DNA from: a virus
Lineage: Duplodnaviria > Caudoviricetes
DNA: 64,000 bases
Reading direction: 5' to 3' (one strand)
Virus record (IMG/VR): IMGVR_UViG_2974671799_000001
Coordinates: 64,001-128,000 of that record
How positions within the stretch are numbered: position 1 is the stretch's first letter; each line of letters opens with the position of its first letter. Shown in pieces: positions 10,032 to 18,722 of the stretch. The notes below the pieces were generated by a model that saw nothing but the letters and a program-made list of their open reading frames with translations, was not told where the DNA came from and made no database searches. The position numbers and the translations under genes were made by a program.

Positions 10032-10044
10032 TTAATATAACCAT
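10032..10044 (-). promoter_or_regulatory. recurrent upstream motif AT(T/G)GTTATATTAA (putative phage promoter class)
   Basis: Same motif at 10032, 11892, 30218 and 54905, each 20-46 nt upstream of a minus-strand start codon. Confidence 0.6.
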
Positions 10045-10065
10045 TGAAATTAATTTTTACCATAT

Positions 10066-10596
10066 TTAAAATACAAAAAACGACAAAATAAAATACAAAA
10101 ATAGCATACCTGTTGAAAATAAGATACTTACTATAAGTTCATTTAAAGATATTCTAAAAGAGCTTAACCAAGAAGGTATTAAATCAACAATATAAACCTT
10201 TGAACTTGGTTGAATAACTTTCAAACTTGTTTCTCTCGCTAATTCTCTAGCTAGACCTTCTTTAAGCATTTCATTAATACCTTGCATTATATAAACCCTT
10301 TGAGTTCCTGTAGATATATTAGTGACAGCACCTTCAACTAATTGAAAAGATTCTAAAATACCTGTTCTAATCTCATCACCTATAAATGGTATTTTGAAAG
10401 GTAATTTAATAGTATGGTCATAAAACCCATGTTCATACAATTCATTTGTTAAATCATCTGACGAGTTTATCAATCTAAAAATCTTTTTTCGTTGTCTTAA
10501 ATACCTACTAGATGCAAGTATAAAATTAAACAACGCTAACGGTAAAAACCAATATATAAAATATGTTTTCACCTTGTACCAAAATGTTTGCTTCAT
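10066..10596 (-). CDS. 2-TM membrane protein
   Basis: Hydrophobic helices at the N- and C-termini. Confidence 0.7.
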   Translation of the reverse strand: MKQTFWYKVKTYFIYWFLPLALFNFILASSRYLRQRKKIFRLINSSDDLTNELYEHGFYDHTIKLPFKIPFIGDEIRTGILESFQLVEGAVTNISTGTQRVYIMQGINEMLKEGLARELARETSLKVIQPSSKVYIVDLIPSWLSSFRISLNELIVSILFSTGMLFLYFILSFFVF

Positions 10597-10609
10597 AATT
10601 TGTTAATTT

Positions 10610-11422
10610 TTATTCGTTTTGTAATTTCTTTTTTAAATTTTCAGGGAAATTATCACCAACAATTAACTCACCAACTGGTTTATTAATTTTTTCTAAATCA
10701 GTATATGAAATTACAGACTTAATAACATCACCTTTTTTTGTCATATTTACTGGAATACCTATACCACCCTCGTAAATACCATCACCACTTTCATCAACAT
10801 CACCACTTAAAGATGAGTTCAAATTAAATGATGGATATTGTAATTTAACATTCATCGCTAAAATAGAATTATGACTAGACATTTCTTCAAAATCCTCAAA
10901 ATTAGTAATCTCATTATATTCAGGGTCATGGTCTGTTGTTTCCATTACAATAGTTCCTTCCATATTCTTACCCATGTATTTGAAATTAAAAGGTTTGTTT
11001 TTATAAACACCGTTCATCATATATTCAACAAATGATAAATACTGAAAAATGTCAGTACCCAAAAATGTACCTTCCATCCTAATTTCACAAGGATAATGTT
11101 GTACTTCACCTGTGTACTCTTGTTCGAAACCATTATGCTTTAGTGTTATAGCACCTTGTGTTTCGTTTGTTTTTTCATCTTCATTTATCGAAACCCCCCT
11201 GAAATGTAAAACCAAAGCAGGAAGTATAATTTTTTCTGTCTTTGAAACTTCTTTAATCTCGTTAGAATGAACTTCCATATAAGCCCTATCACCTGAATTT
11301 TGAATATAAACTGGAAAATCTTGATGTTTGGATAAGTTTGAAACGAAACCGTAATTTTTAAATAATGTTTTCATTTCAGAAACCATAGCTATAATAGCTT
11401 TTTCAAAATATGTGTATTTCAT
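10610..11422 (-). CDS. T4 gp15-like tail terminator / sheath stabiliser
   Basis: YTYFEKAIIAM...FPVY...ILPALVLHFRGVSIN...PCEIRMEG resembles the gp15 pattern (YFY..., ILPR.NL, P....FEL) as recalled. Confidence 0.55.
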   Translation of the reverse strand: MKYTYFEKAIIAMVSEMKTLFKNYGFVSNLSKHQDFPVYIQNSGDRAYMEVHSNEIKEVSKTEKIILPALVLHFRGVSINEDEKTNETQGAITLKHNGFEQEYTGEVQHYPCEIRMEGTFLGTDIFQYLSFVEYMMNGVYKNKPFNFKYMGKNMEGTIVMETTDHDPEYNEITNFEDFEEMSSHNSILAMNVKLQYPSFNLNSSLSGDVDESGDGIYEGGIGIPVNMTKKGDVIKSVISYTDLEKINKPVGELIVGDNFPENLKKKLQNE

Positions 11423-11445
11423 TGTTGTAATGTTTATTGTTTACT

Positions 11446-11865
11446 CTATTTATCCATAGAGTTTAAATCAATATCCATTCTCCTAGATAAATCATTCACT
11501 AATATGTTTCTATATTGTGAAATTAGCTTCTCGAAATAGTATTGTTCGCCAAAACCGAAATATGTTATAATTACATCGAATATTTCAACAGAATCAATCC
11601 TATTTGAAAAAGCACCATACAAATCACCAAAAATTTGATTTGCAACTAATGGGTTTTTTATCCTAATTTGTTCACTTCGTAAAGTCTCTATATAAGGTGA
11701 ATATCTATAGTCATTCTGTTGTAAATATTCGAATAAAAATGATGTATCACTTTTATCAGAAAAATCACCAACAGTATTACTAATCTCTATATGTGTTGAT
11801 TTATCAAAAGTTTCCGTTATATGTGATAAATCTATGCCATCATCAACTAATTGTTTATGTCTCAT
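11446..11865 (-). CDS. hypothetical protein (weakly gp33 late-coactivator-like)
   Basis: 139 aa; size and C-terminal helical pattern loosely recall T4 gp33; unverified. Confidence 0.3.
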   Translation of the reverse strand: MRHKQLVDDGIDLSHITETFDKSTHIEISNTVGDFSDKSDTSFLFEYLQQNDYRYSPYIETLRSEQIRIKNPLVANQIFGDLYGAFSNRIDSVEIFDVIITYFGFGEQYYFEKLISQYRNILVNDLSRRMDIDLNSMDK

Positions 11866-11921
11866 GAAAAAATGTCTTTTTAATTACTATATTAATATAA
11901 CAATTAAAAAGACATTTTACC

Positions 11922-13517
11922 TTATTCTTTTGGTCGCATACATCTTGGAATCTCATTCATGAAATCCGAACGACCTTTAATATCAATCTTCTTTTCTCTT
12001 ACTGGGAATTTTCGTTTTTCATAGATATGCTTCCTTTCAGTTAAGTGTTTAGCATAACTATTTATTCGACTACCACCCCAATTATGATTATGTTTCCTAA
12101 ATAAAACAGAGAAATCATTTACAATAGCTTTTAACTTCTTTGGATGTAATCTCAATACACGACCTATAGACTGTCTAACCCTAGTTACAGAAATAGTAGA
12201 ATCCACTAAATTAATACCACCTAATAACTTAATAGAAACACCAGTTGAAAGGATTTCATACATTGAATATAAATAACAACCTTCATTATTTTTCATGTAA
12301 TTAAGAATGTAATCGCGTTCTTTACGTTTCGTATCACCATGAATGATGAAAACCTTCTTATCAGAACCGATACTATCTAAATACTCCTGCATTTCCGAAG
12401 CCATCTTTTTAAGAAAATCCTTTGTATTAAATAATAATACTTGATTGTAATCACCTTGCGCAACAATCCTATTCACTAATTGACGATACATAGGGATTCC
12501 TTGGATATAGTTTGATTCAAATAAAAATCTCCCTTGCTCATTTTCGTTATCAGGATGCGTGTAAAAGTCTCTACATAAATTATAGTCACCAACAAATTGA
12601 AAAGAATTTATCTCACATGGTGTAATTGTACCTTTTTCTTTCAAGTCTTCAACATACAATTTAATCAAAATAGAACCCAAATATGCATTCTCTGTAACTG
12701 CTTTATACTCGTCATAATTAGACGAACCATTATCTTTTGTTTCGAAAGTACCACTTAATGAAATAATATTTTCACAATTACTACTTAATAACATAGCATT
12801 AAGAACCTTTTGGGTTGAATTATTTTGAACTTTGTGTGCCTCATCAACTATAATAGTTCCGAATTGATTAAACCAAGATAACGGTTTCTTAACAACAGTA
12901 TCAATATTTCCAACAACAACTGTAGAATTTTCATACTCTACACCACCACCCATAACCTCGTCACAAATTGTCAATTCATGCGCACTTGAATAATCTTTAA
13001 AATCTTGTGGTAACTGACGAACTAATTCTGTTCTAGGAACTAAAACTAAAACTTTTAAGTTTCTTTTAGCTTCTTCTTTTTGCCACCTTTCTAGTAAATA
13101 GCGACAGTATAAATAAATTATGAATGACTTACCTGCCGAGGTGTCTAAAAGTAGCCTACAATGTCTATAATTTATTGCAATTTTCAATGCATTAAATTGA
13201 TAGTCATATGGTAAGAAATTCAAATCATCTTTTGATTGTAACCATTCAGTCAACTCATCTGTTTTAACTGTATTTTTAAGGTATTCTCCTATGTTGGTTA
13301 TCTCTACATTATACCCCATCTTTTTAAGACCCAAAACAGATATATAGAACCCTGCGGGTATTAAGTTACCATTGTGAAGAAATTTACAATATTCATCTGA
13401 TTTCTTTTCATATGAATATCGTTTTCCTGTTGTCATTGTTGATAGTTGGTCATATTCTAAAGATGTTGCTTTTATAATTTTTAGAAACTTAAAGTTTCGA
13501 ACAAATTTTAATTTCAT
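11922..13517 (-). CDS. uvsW: UvsW-like SF2 DNA/RNA-DNA helicase
   Basis: YDYQ Q-motif, DTSAGKS Walker A, DEAH, SLSGT, STGVSIK, QSIGRVLR. Confidence 0.92.
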   Translation of the reverse strand: MKLKFVRNFKFLKIIKATSLEYDQLSTMTTGKRYSYEKKSDEYCKFLHNGNLIPAGFYISVLGLKKMGYNVEITNIGEYLKNTVKTDELTEWLQSKDDLNFLPYDYQFNALKIAINYRHCRLLLDTSAGKSFIIYLYCRYLLERWQKEEAKRNLKVLVLVPRTELVRQLPQDFKDYSSAHELTICDEVMGGGVEYENSTVVVGNIDTVVKKPLSWFNQFGTIIVDEAHKVQNNSTQKVLNAMLLSSNCENIISLSGTFETKDNGSSNYDEYKAVTENAYLGSILIKLYVEDLKEKGTITPCEINSFQFVGDYNLCRDFYTHPDNENEQGRFLFESNYIQGIPMYRQLVNRIVAQGDYNQVLLFNTKDFLKKMASEMQEYLDSIGSDKKVFIIHGDTKRKERDYILNYMKNNEGCYLYSMYEILSTGVSIKLLGGINLVDSTISVTRVRQSIGRVLRLHPKKLKAIVNDFSVLFRKHNHNWGGSRINSYAKHLTERKHIYEKRKFPVREKKIDIKGRSDFMNEIPRCMRPKE

Positions 13518-13533
13518 ATAATAGACCGTTTAT

Positions 13534-13569
13534 AAAAGAAGCTCGCTTAAATATAAGCGAGCTTCTTTT
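13534..13569 (-). terminator. intrinsic terminator hairpin
   Basis: AAAAGAAGCTCGCTTA...TAAGCGAGCTTCTTTT downstream of ssb. Confidence 0.85.
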
Positions 13570-13590
13570 TAATTTCAAAAATGTCATTTT

Positions 13591-14739
13591 TTATTGTGCA
13601 TCCATAGCTTGCTCAACAATACTATCTAATTCGGTTTCATTAACCGTTTCACCAGTTGTTTCACCTGCTTGTGTATCACCACTTTCAGAACCTTCTGCAC
13701 CTTCCGCACCTTCATCTGTGGCAACATCACCTGAAATAGTCATTGGTTCACCCGCCTTGAACTTATTAACTAATAAAGTCACGTTTTTAACTTTATCTTC
13801 ACTTGGCTCATTGTAACCATAATCAGCGTGTTTTGGAGTATCTTCGTGACCTAAGTACTTTAATACTCTCTGTAACTTAGCTAATAATGATGGAACACCT
13901 TGGAAGTTCTTTTGAGCGTATGCAGTTCTTTCTTCTGCCGTTAATTCGATTTTTTCATAATCATAAACTTCTTGCTCTTTTTCACCAATAGTTATCTTCT
14001 TTGTAATATAGTTTCCTTCTGCATCTTCTTTTGGTGCAAAGAATACCATATACCCTACAGACTTTGTGAATTTAGAATCTTTAAAGTCGCGACCAGTTAC
14101 TGTAGAACCGTCAGGTTTTGGAATTTGCTTAACTCCTGCAACTAAACGTAATGCTTGACCTTCGAAAATGTCATAAACATTGTTAGCAACTACTCCATCC
14201 TCTTCAATCTCTTCTTTTGTTGGTTCGATTGTTTTCTTGATTAAATCTTCAACCTCTTCAACAATTCTTAAAGGCATGATTTGTCCTTCTAACTCAGGTC
14301 TAGAATCAAATTTGATAACTTGAACTAAAACAACTCTTGGTTTTTTGAATTGGAAGTGCTTTCTGAATCGCTCTTCATCAACCTTGTTACCTTTACAATC
14401 TTTCCATAAATCAGCTACAATACAAGTGTTATCATTCCATCCAAAAGACTTCAATGAATCAAACATAAAGTTTCTGTTTGAACACTCTGTAACGATTTTA
14501 TAAGATACTTTTGATAAGATGTTTTTAGCTTTAGCATCAGGATTCTTAATTAATTTAACATAACAAGAATCTTTATTATCTGCTCTACCTTGTGGGTTTA
14601 ACTCTAAGTAAGGTGTGAAATTTTTAGACTCATATTCATCTTCTTGTAAAGTTTCTGCAATTTCAGAAGCAGTTGTTCCGAACATTGATAAGTCAAATAA
14701 GTTTTCTTCTACTACTGGGTTTGTGTTTTCTGTACTCAT
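13591..14739 (-). CDS. T4 gp32-like single-stranded DNA-binding protein
   Basis: C-x-V-x-x-LW, VQVIKFDSRPELEGQI, NVYDIFEG..L.L, RDFKDSKF motifs and a long acidic C-terminal tail; adjacent to uvsW. Confidence 0.8.
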   Translation of the reverse strand: MSTENTNPVVEENLFDLSMFGTTASEIAETLQEDEYESKNFTPYLELNPQGRADNKDSCYVKLIKNPDAKAKNILSKVSYKIVTECSNRNFMFDSLKSFGWNDNTCIVADLWKDCKGNKVDEERFRKHFQFKKPRVVLVQVIKFDSRPELEGQIMPLRIVEEVEDLIKKTIEPTKEEIEEDGVVANNVYDIFEGQALRLVAGVKQIPKPDGSTVTGRDFKDSKFTKSVGYMVFFAPKEDAEGNYITKKITIGEKEQEVYDYEKIELTAEERTAYAQKNFQGVPSLLAKLQRVLKYLGHEDTPKHADYGYNEPSEDKVKNVTLLVNKFKAGEPMTISGDVATDEGAEGAEGSESGDTQAGETTGETVNETELDSIVEQAMDAQ

Positions 14740-14842
14740 AAAAAATTAATTTAAAAATGTTATTAAAAATGTTTGTTAAAAAATATAAAAAATGTTTGTT
14801 TGATAAGACTTTTCAAGCCTCTTATTATATATAGTTTCACGA

Positions 14843-14899
14843 TTAAAAAATTTGTGAACCTGTTTTTATGTGTTTCAGACTAATCATCGCATCAAACAT
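14843..14899 (-). CDS. 18-aa micro-ORF
   Basis: MFDAMISLKHIKTGSQIF*, 22 nt downstream of a TTTG-N19-TACCTTTA host-like promoter (14922-14952). Confidence 0.3.
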   Translation of the reverse strand: MFDAMISLKHIKTGSQIF

Positions 14900-14976
14900 A
14901 ACTTATTTATTGTTTCGGTTGTAAAGGTAATACTTTTTTCTAGTTTACCAAAATTATTTTTTGTAAAAATTACAAT

Positions 14977-15459
14977 TTATTCACAACAATCTACACATAC
15001 CGAATCATCACCATCCTCTGCTTGTTCTGATATTTCACACCACCAACCACATTCAGCACAATTGAAAATTTCATTATCAATTTTACCCAATTCATCAATG
15101 TTTAATTCAAAACAGTCTATATGTTGAGTTTCACAAGCTTCATCCAAACTCTTACAAGTGCCTTGTAACTCATCAACTAATGTTGTTAAACAAAGATATG
15201 GTTTCCATGTTTCAACATTTTCTGATGGTAAATTATCACCAGTTCCCTCAACACCATGCTCAACAGAATCATCATTTATGTTAGGTATTAATTTGAAAAC
15301 ATCTTCTGTGATGTTATATGTTGCATAGTGCTTATTACCATCTTTAGTTTTAATTTCTACTATGGATGAGTAAACATTGTCTTTTCCTGAAAATAATTCA
15401 AAGTTTGATTCCTCTATAGGATATTCACCATTTTGGTCAAATTTACGCTCTTTAATCAT
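14977..15459 (-). CDS. hypothetical protein with C-terminal zinc ribbon
   Basis: CAECGWWC...CVDCC; TATATTTG -7 element at 15480-15487. Confidence 0.7.
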   Translation of the reverse strand: MIKERKFDQNGEYPIEESNFELFSGKDNVYSSIVEIKTKDGNKHYATYNITEDVFKLIPNINDDSVEHGVEGTGDNLPSENVETWKPYLCLTTLVDELQGTCKSLDEACETQHIDCFELNIDELGKIDNEIFNCAECGWWCEISEQAEDGDDSVCVDCCE

Positions 15460-15558
15460 ATCTATATGTTTTTATGTTGCAAATATAAAACAATTATTTG
15501 ATTTTACAAGTTTTTAATTACAATTTCTATAAGAATTTTTTAAACCTCTCTCCGCGCT

Positions 15559-15712
15559 TTTATTTATGTTATTTGTATTTATAATATATAAAAGAAAATG
15601 CACCTAGGTACATTTTTACTGATTTTCTTTAAATAAAAAATTCGTTTTATTGAGAATATGATAAAGAAATTGTTAAAATATTGTCGCTACAGCAAGGTTT
15701 GTATATGTCGTA
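15559..15712. repeat. 154-bp non-coding dispersed repeat, copy 1
   Basis: Ungapped match (18 mismatches by manual count) to 54984-55137; contains palindrome AAAATGCACCTAGGTACATTTT (15595-15616). Confidence 0.95.
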
Positions 15713-16031
15713 AATTTTTCGGGTGTAAATGTTTAAAATTAAACAAATTTTAGAAATTTGTTAAATTCTTATAAAACGTTGTAAATCATTTACTTAAAAG
15801 TGTAATTGAAAATGTTAAAAAATTGGTCATGTTAAATATTTTACGTATGTGATTTTTAACAATTTTAACAAAATTTTAACATTTTATTTTTGTGCTAAAA
15901 TAAAAAGTGTCGAAAAATAAAAATCCGTTTTAAGGGATTAAAAATAATATTATATACTAAATATATAAAAATATATTAAAGTGTCTTAAAACGGCTAAAA
16001 TAGCTTTAAATTTTATTATATGGTAAAATAA

Positions 16032-16052
16032 AAGCCTCGTAAAACGAGGCTT
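16032..16052 (-). terminator. intrinsic terminator hairpin
   Basis: AAGCCTCGT-AAA-ACGAGGCTT with T-run on the minus strand. Confidence 0.75.
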
Positions 16053-16074
16053 AAACAAATTATTATGAAGCAAA

Positions 16075-16464
16075 TTAGATATGTTTATTTTTTTCCTTAA
16101 AAAGTTTATAAACATTATCTAAATATTCTATAGTTAACTTTTCTTTCTTAACCAATCTATTGGCTACGAATAAAGCCATGATTCTAGTTGAGTAAGTAAA
16201 AATACTTGAATCCATCATTCTAAGTTTACAATAAATTGCTATAACTTCTTCTAAAGGAGTCCAATAGTAAATTCTTACTTGATGATAAGGTAACTTTAAA
16301 AAGTCTATAATATCACTATACCAATCAAATTTCTTGTATAGTGGTCTTTGCGCTTGGTATAATCCGAATACCAAAATAGCTATGAAAGCTAATTTACCTA
16401 AAATTACATACATTGTGTATGGTAGGTAATCTAATATATTGTTAATTAAGTTAATTATTTCCAT
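16075..16464 (-). CDS. hypothetical membrane protein
   Basis: 129 aa with an N-terminal TM segment. Confidence 0.65.
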   Translation of the reverse strand: MEIINLINNILDYLPYTMYVILGKLAFIAILVFGLYQAQRPLYKKFDWYSDIIDFLKLPYHQVRIYYWTPLEEVIAIYCKLRMMDSSIFTYSTRIMALFVANRLVKKEKLTIEYLDNVYKLFKEKNKHI

Positions 16465-16934
16465 TCAAAATCTATATTAAAAAATTCATCTTCATTTTCG
16501 TTTATATCAGCGTTATGAGTTCCTTTCATTTTATTAAGAATCTCAATCATTTTTCTACATGGTAGGTTTGTTCTATAAACCTTAACCTCATGGTCGGGAT
16601 TTGATAAAAGAACTGATAAAACACCATGTGTTCCATCAGCAATTCCATAATCTTTTGAAACTAAATATGTTCTATCTAATCCAATTCCTTTTTTAGCCAT
16701 CTTTTTAACCTTTTCCATGTTAACTTCACATTGAATAGGTTTAAGTTTACTTACAGGAACTTTCATTTCCTTAATCTTATATTTCCTAGCAAAATGCATT
16801 AGGAACTGTGGGAAATTTTCTTTAGGTAATTGGGGCATTTTTATACGCTTAATACCTTGACCTTTTTTAAGCCAATCATCAACGTTGAAATCTCCAACTT
16901 TGAGTGCTTCTGTTAAATATTGTATTACATCCAT
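16455..16934 (-). CDS. ParB/Srx N-terminal-domain-like protein
   Basis: VPVSKLKPIQ.EVN.EKV...LVSKDYGIADGTHG resembles ParB-N (I.DGHHR), with a degenerate motif. Confidence 0.6.
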   Translation of the reverse strand: MDVIQYLTEALKVGDFNVDDWLKKGQGIKRIKMPQLPKENFPQFLMHFARKYKIKEMKVPVSKLKPIQCEVNMEKVKKMAKKGIGLDRTYLVSKDYGIADGTHGVLSVLLSNPDHEVKVYRTNLPCRKMIEILNKMKGTHNADINENEDEFFNIDFEWK

Positions 16935-16935
16935 T

Positions 16936-17523
16936 TTAACTATTTATTTCTATTAAAGCAACAGCATCAACAATATCATCTATCTTTGCTGTTTTTATTT
17001 TCTGAATTAATTTTGGTAAATGTGGTCTTTTATTATACTCTTCAAACATTTCATCTTTACTAGCTCTACCATTTCCTGTGAATGCCTTCTTTAAACTAGA
17101 AGGTGGATATCCTTTAAAGTTACCTATATTAAAAATAGATAATAACTTGCGTCTGATTATCGCATTTGTTATCGGAATTTCAAGTGATGCTTGACCTTTT
17201 GATTGTAAAGATGGTCTTTCAAAGAATAATAAAACATCATCATTTGAAATTTTATAAATGTCTTTAAACTCTATAATTTTCATTAGTATTTTATCAGCTA
17301 ATGATTCATATGACATTAATTTAACCATATCCATATCAATATGTGAAAAATCTTTTGGTAAACGTCTATTATAAACAATATATTCTACACCTTCTATAAT
17401 TTTATTACCTTTTAATTCTTCATCAACAAAAAGAAATAACTTCTTATAACCATCGATATCTATACAAACCCCTGTTGATTTAATTGACATATCCAAACCA
17501 ACTTTCATAATTTTTTTACCCAT
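16936..17523 (-). CDS. ruvC: RuvC-like Holliday junction resolvase
   Basis: GLDMSIKSTG, FFE, PPSSLKKAFTGNGRASKDEM, DDIVDA acidic catalytic motifs. Confidence 0.85.
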   Translation of the reverse strand: MGKKIMKVGLDMSIKSTGVCIDIDGYKKLFLFVDEELKGNKIIEGVEYIVYNRRLPKDFSHIDMDMVKLMSYESLADKILMKIIEFKDIYKISNDDVLLFFERPSLQSKGQASLEIPITNAIIRRKLLSIFNIGNFKGYPPSSLKKAFTGNGRASKDEMFEEYNKRPHLPKLIQKIKTAKIDDIVDAVALIEINS

Positions 17524-17896
17524 ATAAATTAGTATTTGTGTTTTTCATTATTAATTTCTTAACACTTGTAAAAAATGAATCAATATACTTCAATAATATA
17601 GGATTTTGTTTAAATCTATTATCGAATCGTTCAGGTTTATGTTTATTACAAAACATTGATTTACCAGTTAGCTTATCTATATCGACATAAATACGCGTAT
17701 GACATTCAAAACAACGCCAAGGTAAAAGACCATTACTCTCTTTATGTTTATCAACACAAAGGTTTTGATGTGACCATGAACCAATATTTCTAACAATATC
17801 TTTTCTTATCTCATCAACATCTGTTAACCTTTTTTTGTAATAAACTCTAAATGGTTTAGTCGCAAACCTTTCCTCGTTATCTTCCTTTTGACTCAT
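17516..17896 (-). CDS. hypothetical zinc-finger protein
   Basis: CFEC...CNKH. Confidence 0.6.
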   Translation of the reverse strand: MSQKEDNEERFATKPFRVYYKKRLTDVDEIRKDIVRNIGSWSHQNLCVDKHKESNGLLPWRCFECHTRIYVDIDKLTGKSMFCNKHKPERFDNRFKQNPILLKYIDSFFTSVKKLIMKNTNTNLYG

Positions 17897-18257
17897 TTAT
17901 ATACTTGTTAATCTTGTTCTTAAAATCAGTACTACTTGTATAATAACCTTTTTCATATTTGTTATTTTCATTCTCATAAACATCATCTGTTGAATTTAAA
18001 ATAATAATAAAATCATAAAACGATTCAGATTCATTTATTGAGAATTGAAGTGTATCTAATTTACTATTAACAGTTAACATACTTTTTATACCGTTATTTC
18101 TAGTACTAAATGTGACAACCTCATCACCGAAAGTTTCACCAACTAATTTTGAAATAGATTCAGAAATCTTTTCACATAGGTTTAACCCTATTTGTATATC
18201 AGAAGTTGATGGATGTGAAATCCGTTCAGCTTTAAAGTATTCTAATATTCCTTTCAT
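17877..18257 (-). CDS. hypothetical protein
   Basis: 126-aa ORF overlapping the next gene. Confidence 0.65.
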   Translation of the reverse strand: MKGILEYFKAERISHPSTSDIQIGLNLCEKISESISKLVGETFGDEVVTFSTRNNGIKSMLTVNSKLDTLQFSINESESFYDFIIILNSTDDVYENENNKYEKGYYTSSTDFKNKINKYINESKGR

Positions 18258-18268
18258 TTAATTTCTAA

Positions 18269-18652
18269 TTATTTAGTAAATCTATTTATACACATAATAA
18301 TATAACAAATCTTTTCTTTATTTACCTTATTTTCTTCTACAGAAAATCTATTCAAATTAGTCAAAATATTATAAGGTGTTATGAATAAACTGTTTACTAA
18401 AGCTTTACATACTACTTTATATATAGATTTATTACTATGTTTACTTAAAAGTCTATAATAAATATAGTCTGTTCCTAATGAATAACGTTTAGTTTTTAAA
18501 TAACTATAAACGAAATCAACATCACTACATTTAACACATTTTACTTTAAATTCACCATTATCAAAGGCTCTTAAAGCCTCTTTATATAATGGTTTAAAGA
18601 ATGATTCAAATAATTTTTGATTCATTCCCATTGCATTACGGGGATTTTGCAT
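18269..18652 (-). CDS. hypothetical protein
   Basis: 127-aa ORF, divergent from the tape-measure-like gene. Confidence 0.55.
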   Translation of the reverse strand: MQNPRNAMGMNQKLFESFFKPLYKEALRAFDNGEFKVKCVKCSDVDFVYSYLKTKRYSLGTDYIYYRLLSKHSNKSIYKVVCKALVNSLFITPYNILTNLNRFSVEENKVNKEKICYIIMCINRFTK

Positions 18653-18699
18653 AACTGTTCGATTTTATTTTAAATATTTATCCTTTCAAGGATATATAA

Positions 18700-18707
18700 T
18701 ATAAATA
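18700..18707 (+). promoter_or_regulatory. T4-type late promoter TATAAATA
   Basis: Exact TATAAATA 15 nt upstream of the 18723 ATG. Confidence 0.65.
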
Positions 18708-18722
18708 AAGACTGTAATTATT

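Noticed and set aside
15460-16075. tRNA or known riboswitch in the long intergenic gaps
   Set aside because: No cloverleaf, T-loop GTTCGA context or recognisable aptamer by eye; a tRNAscan/Infernal run would be decisive
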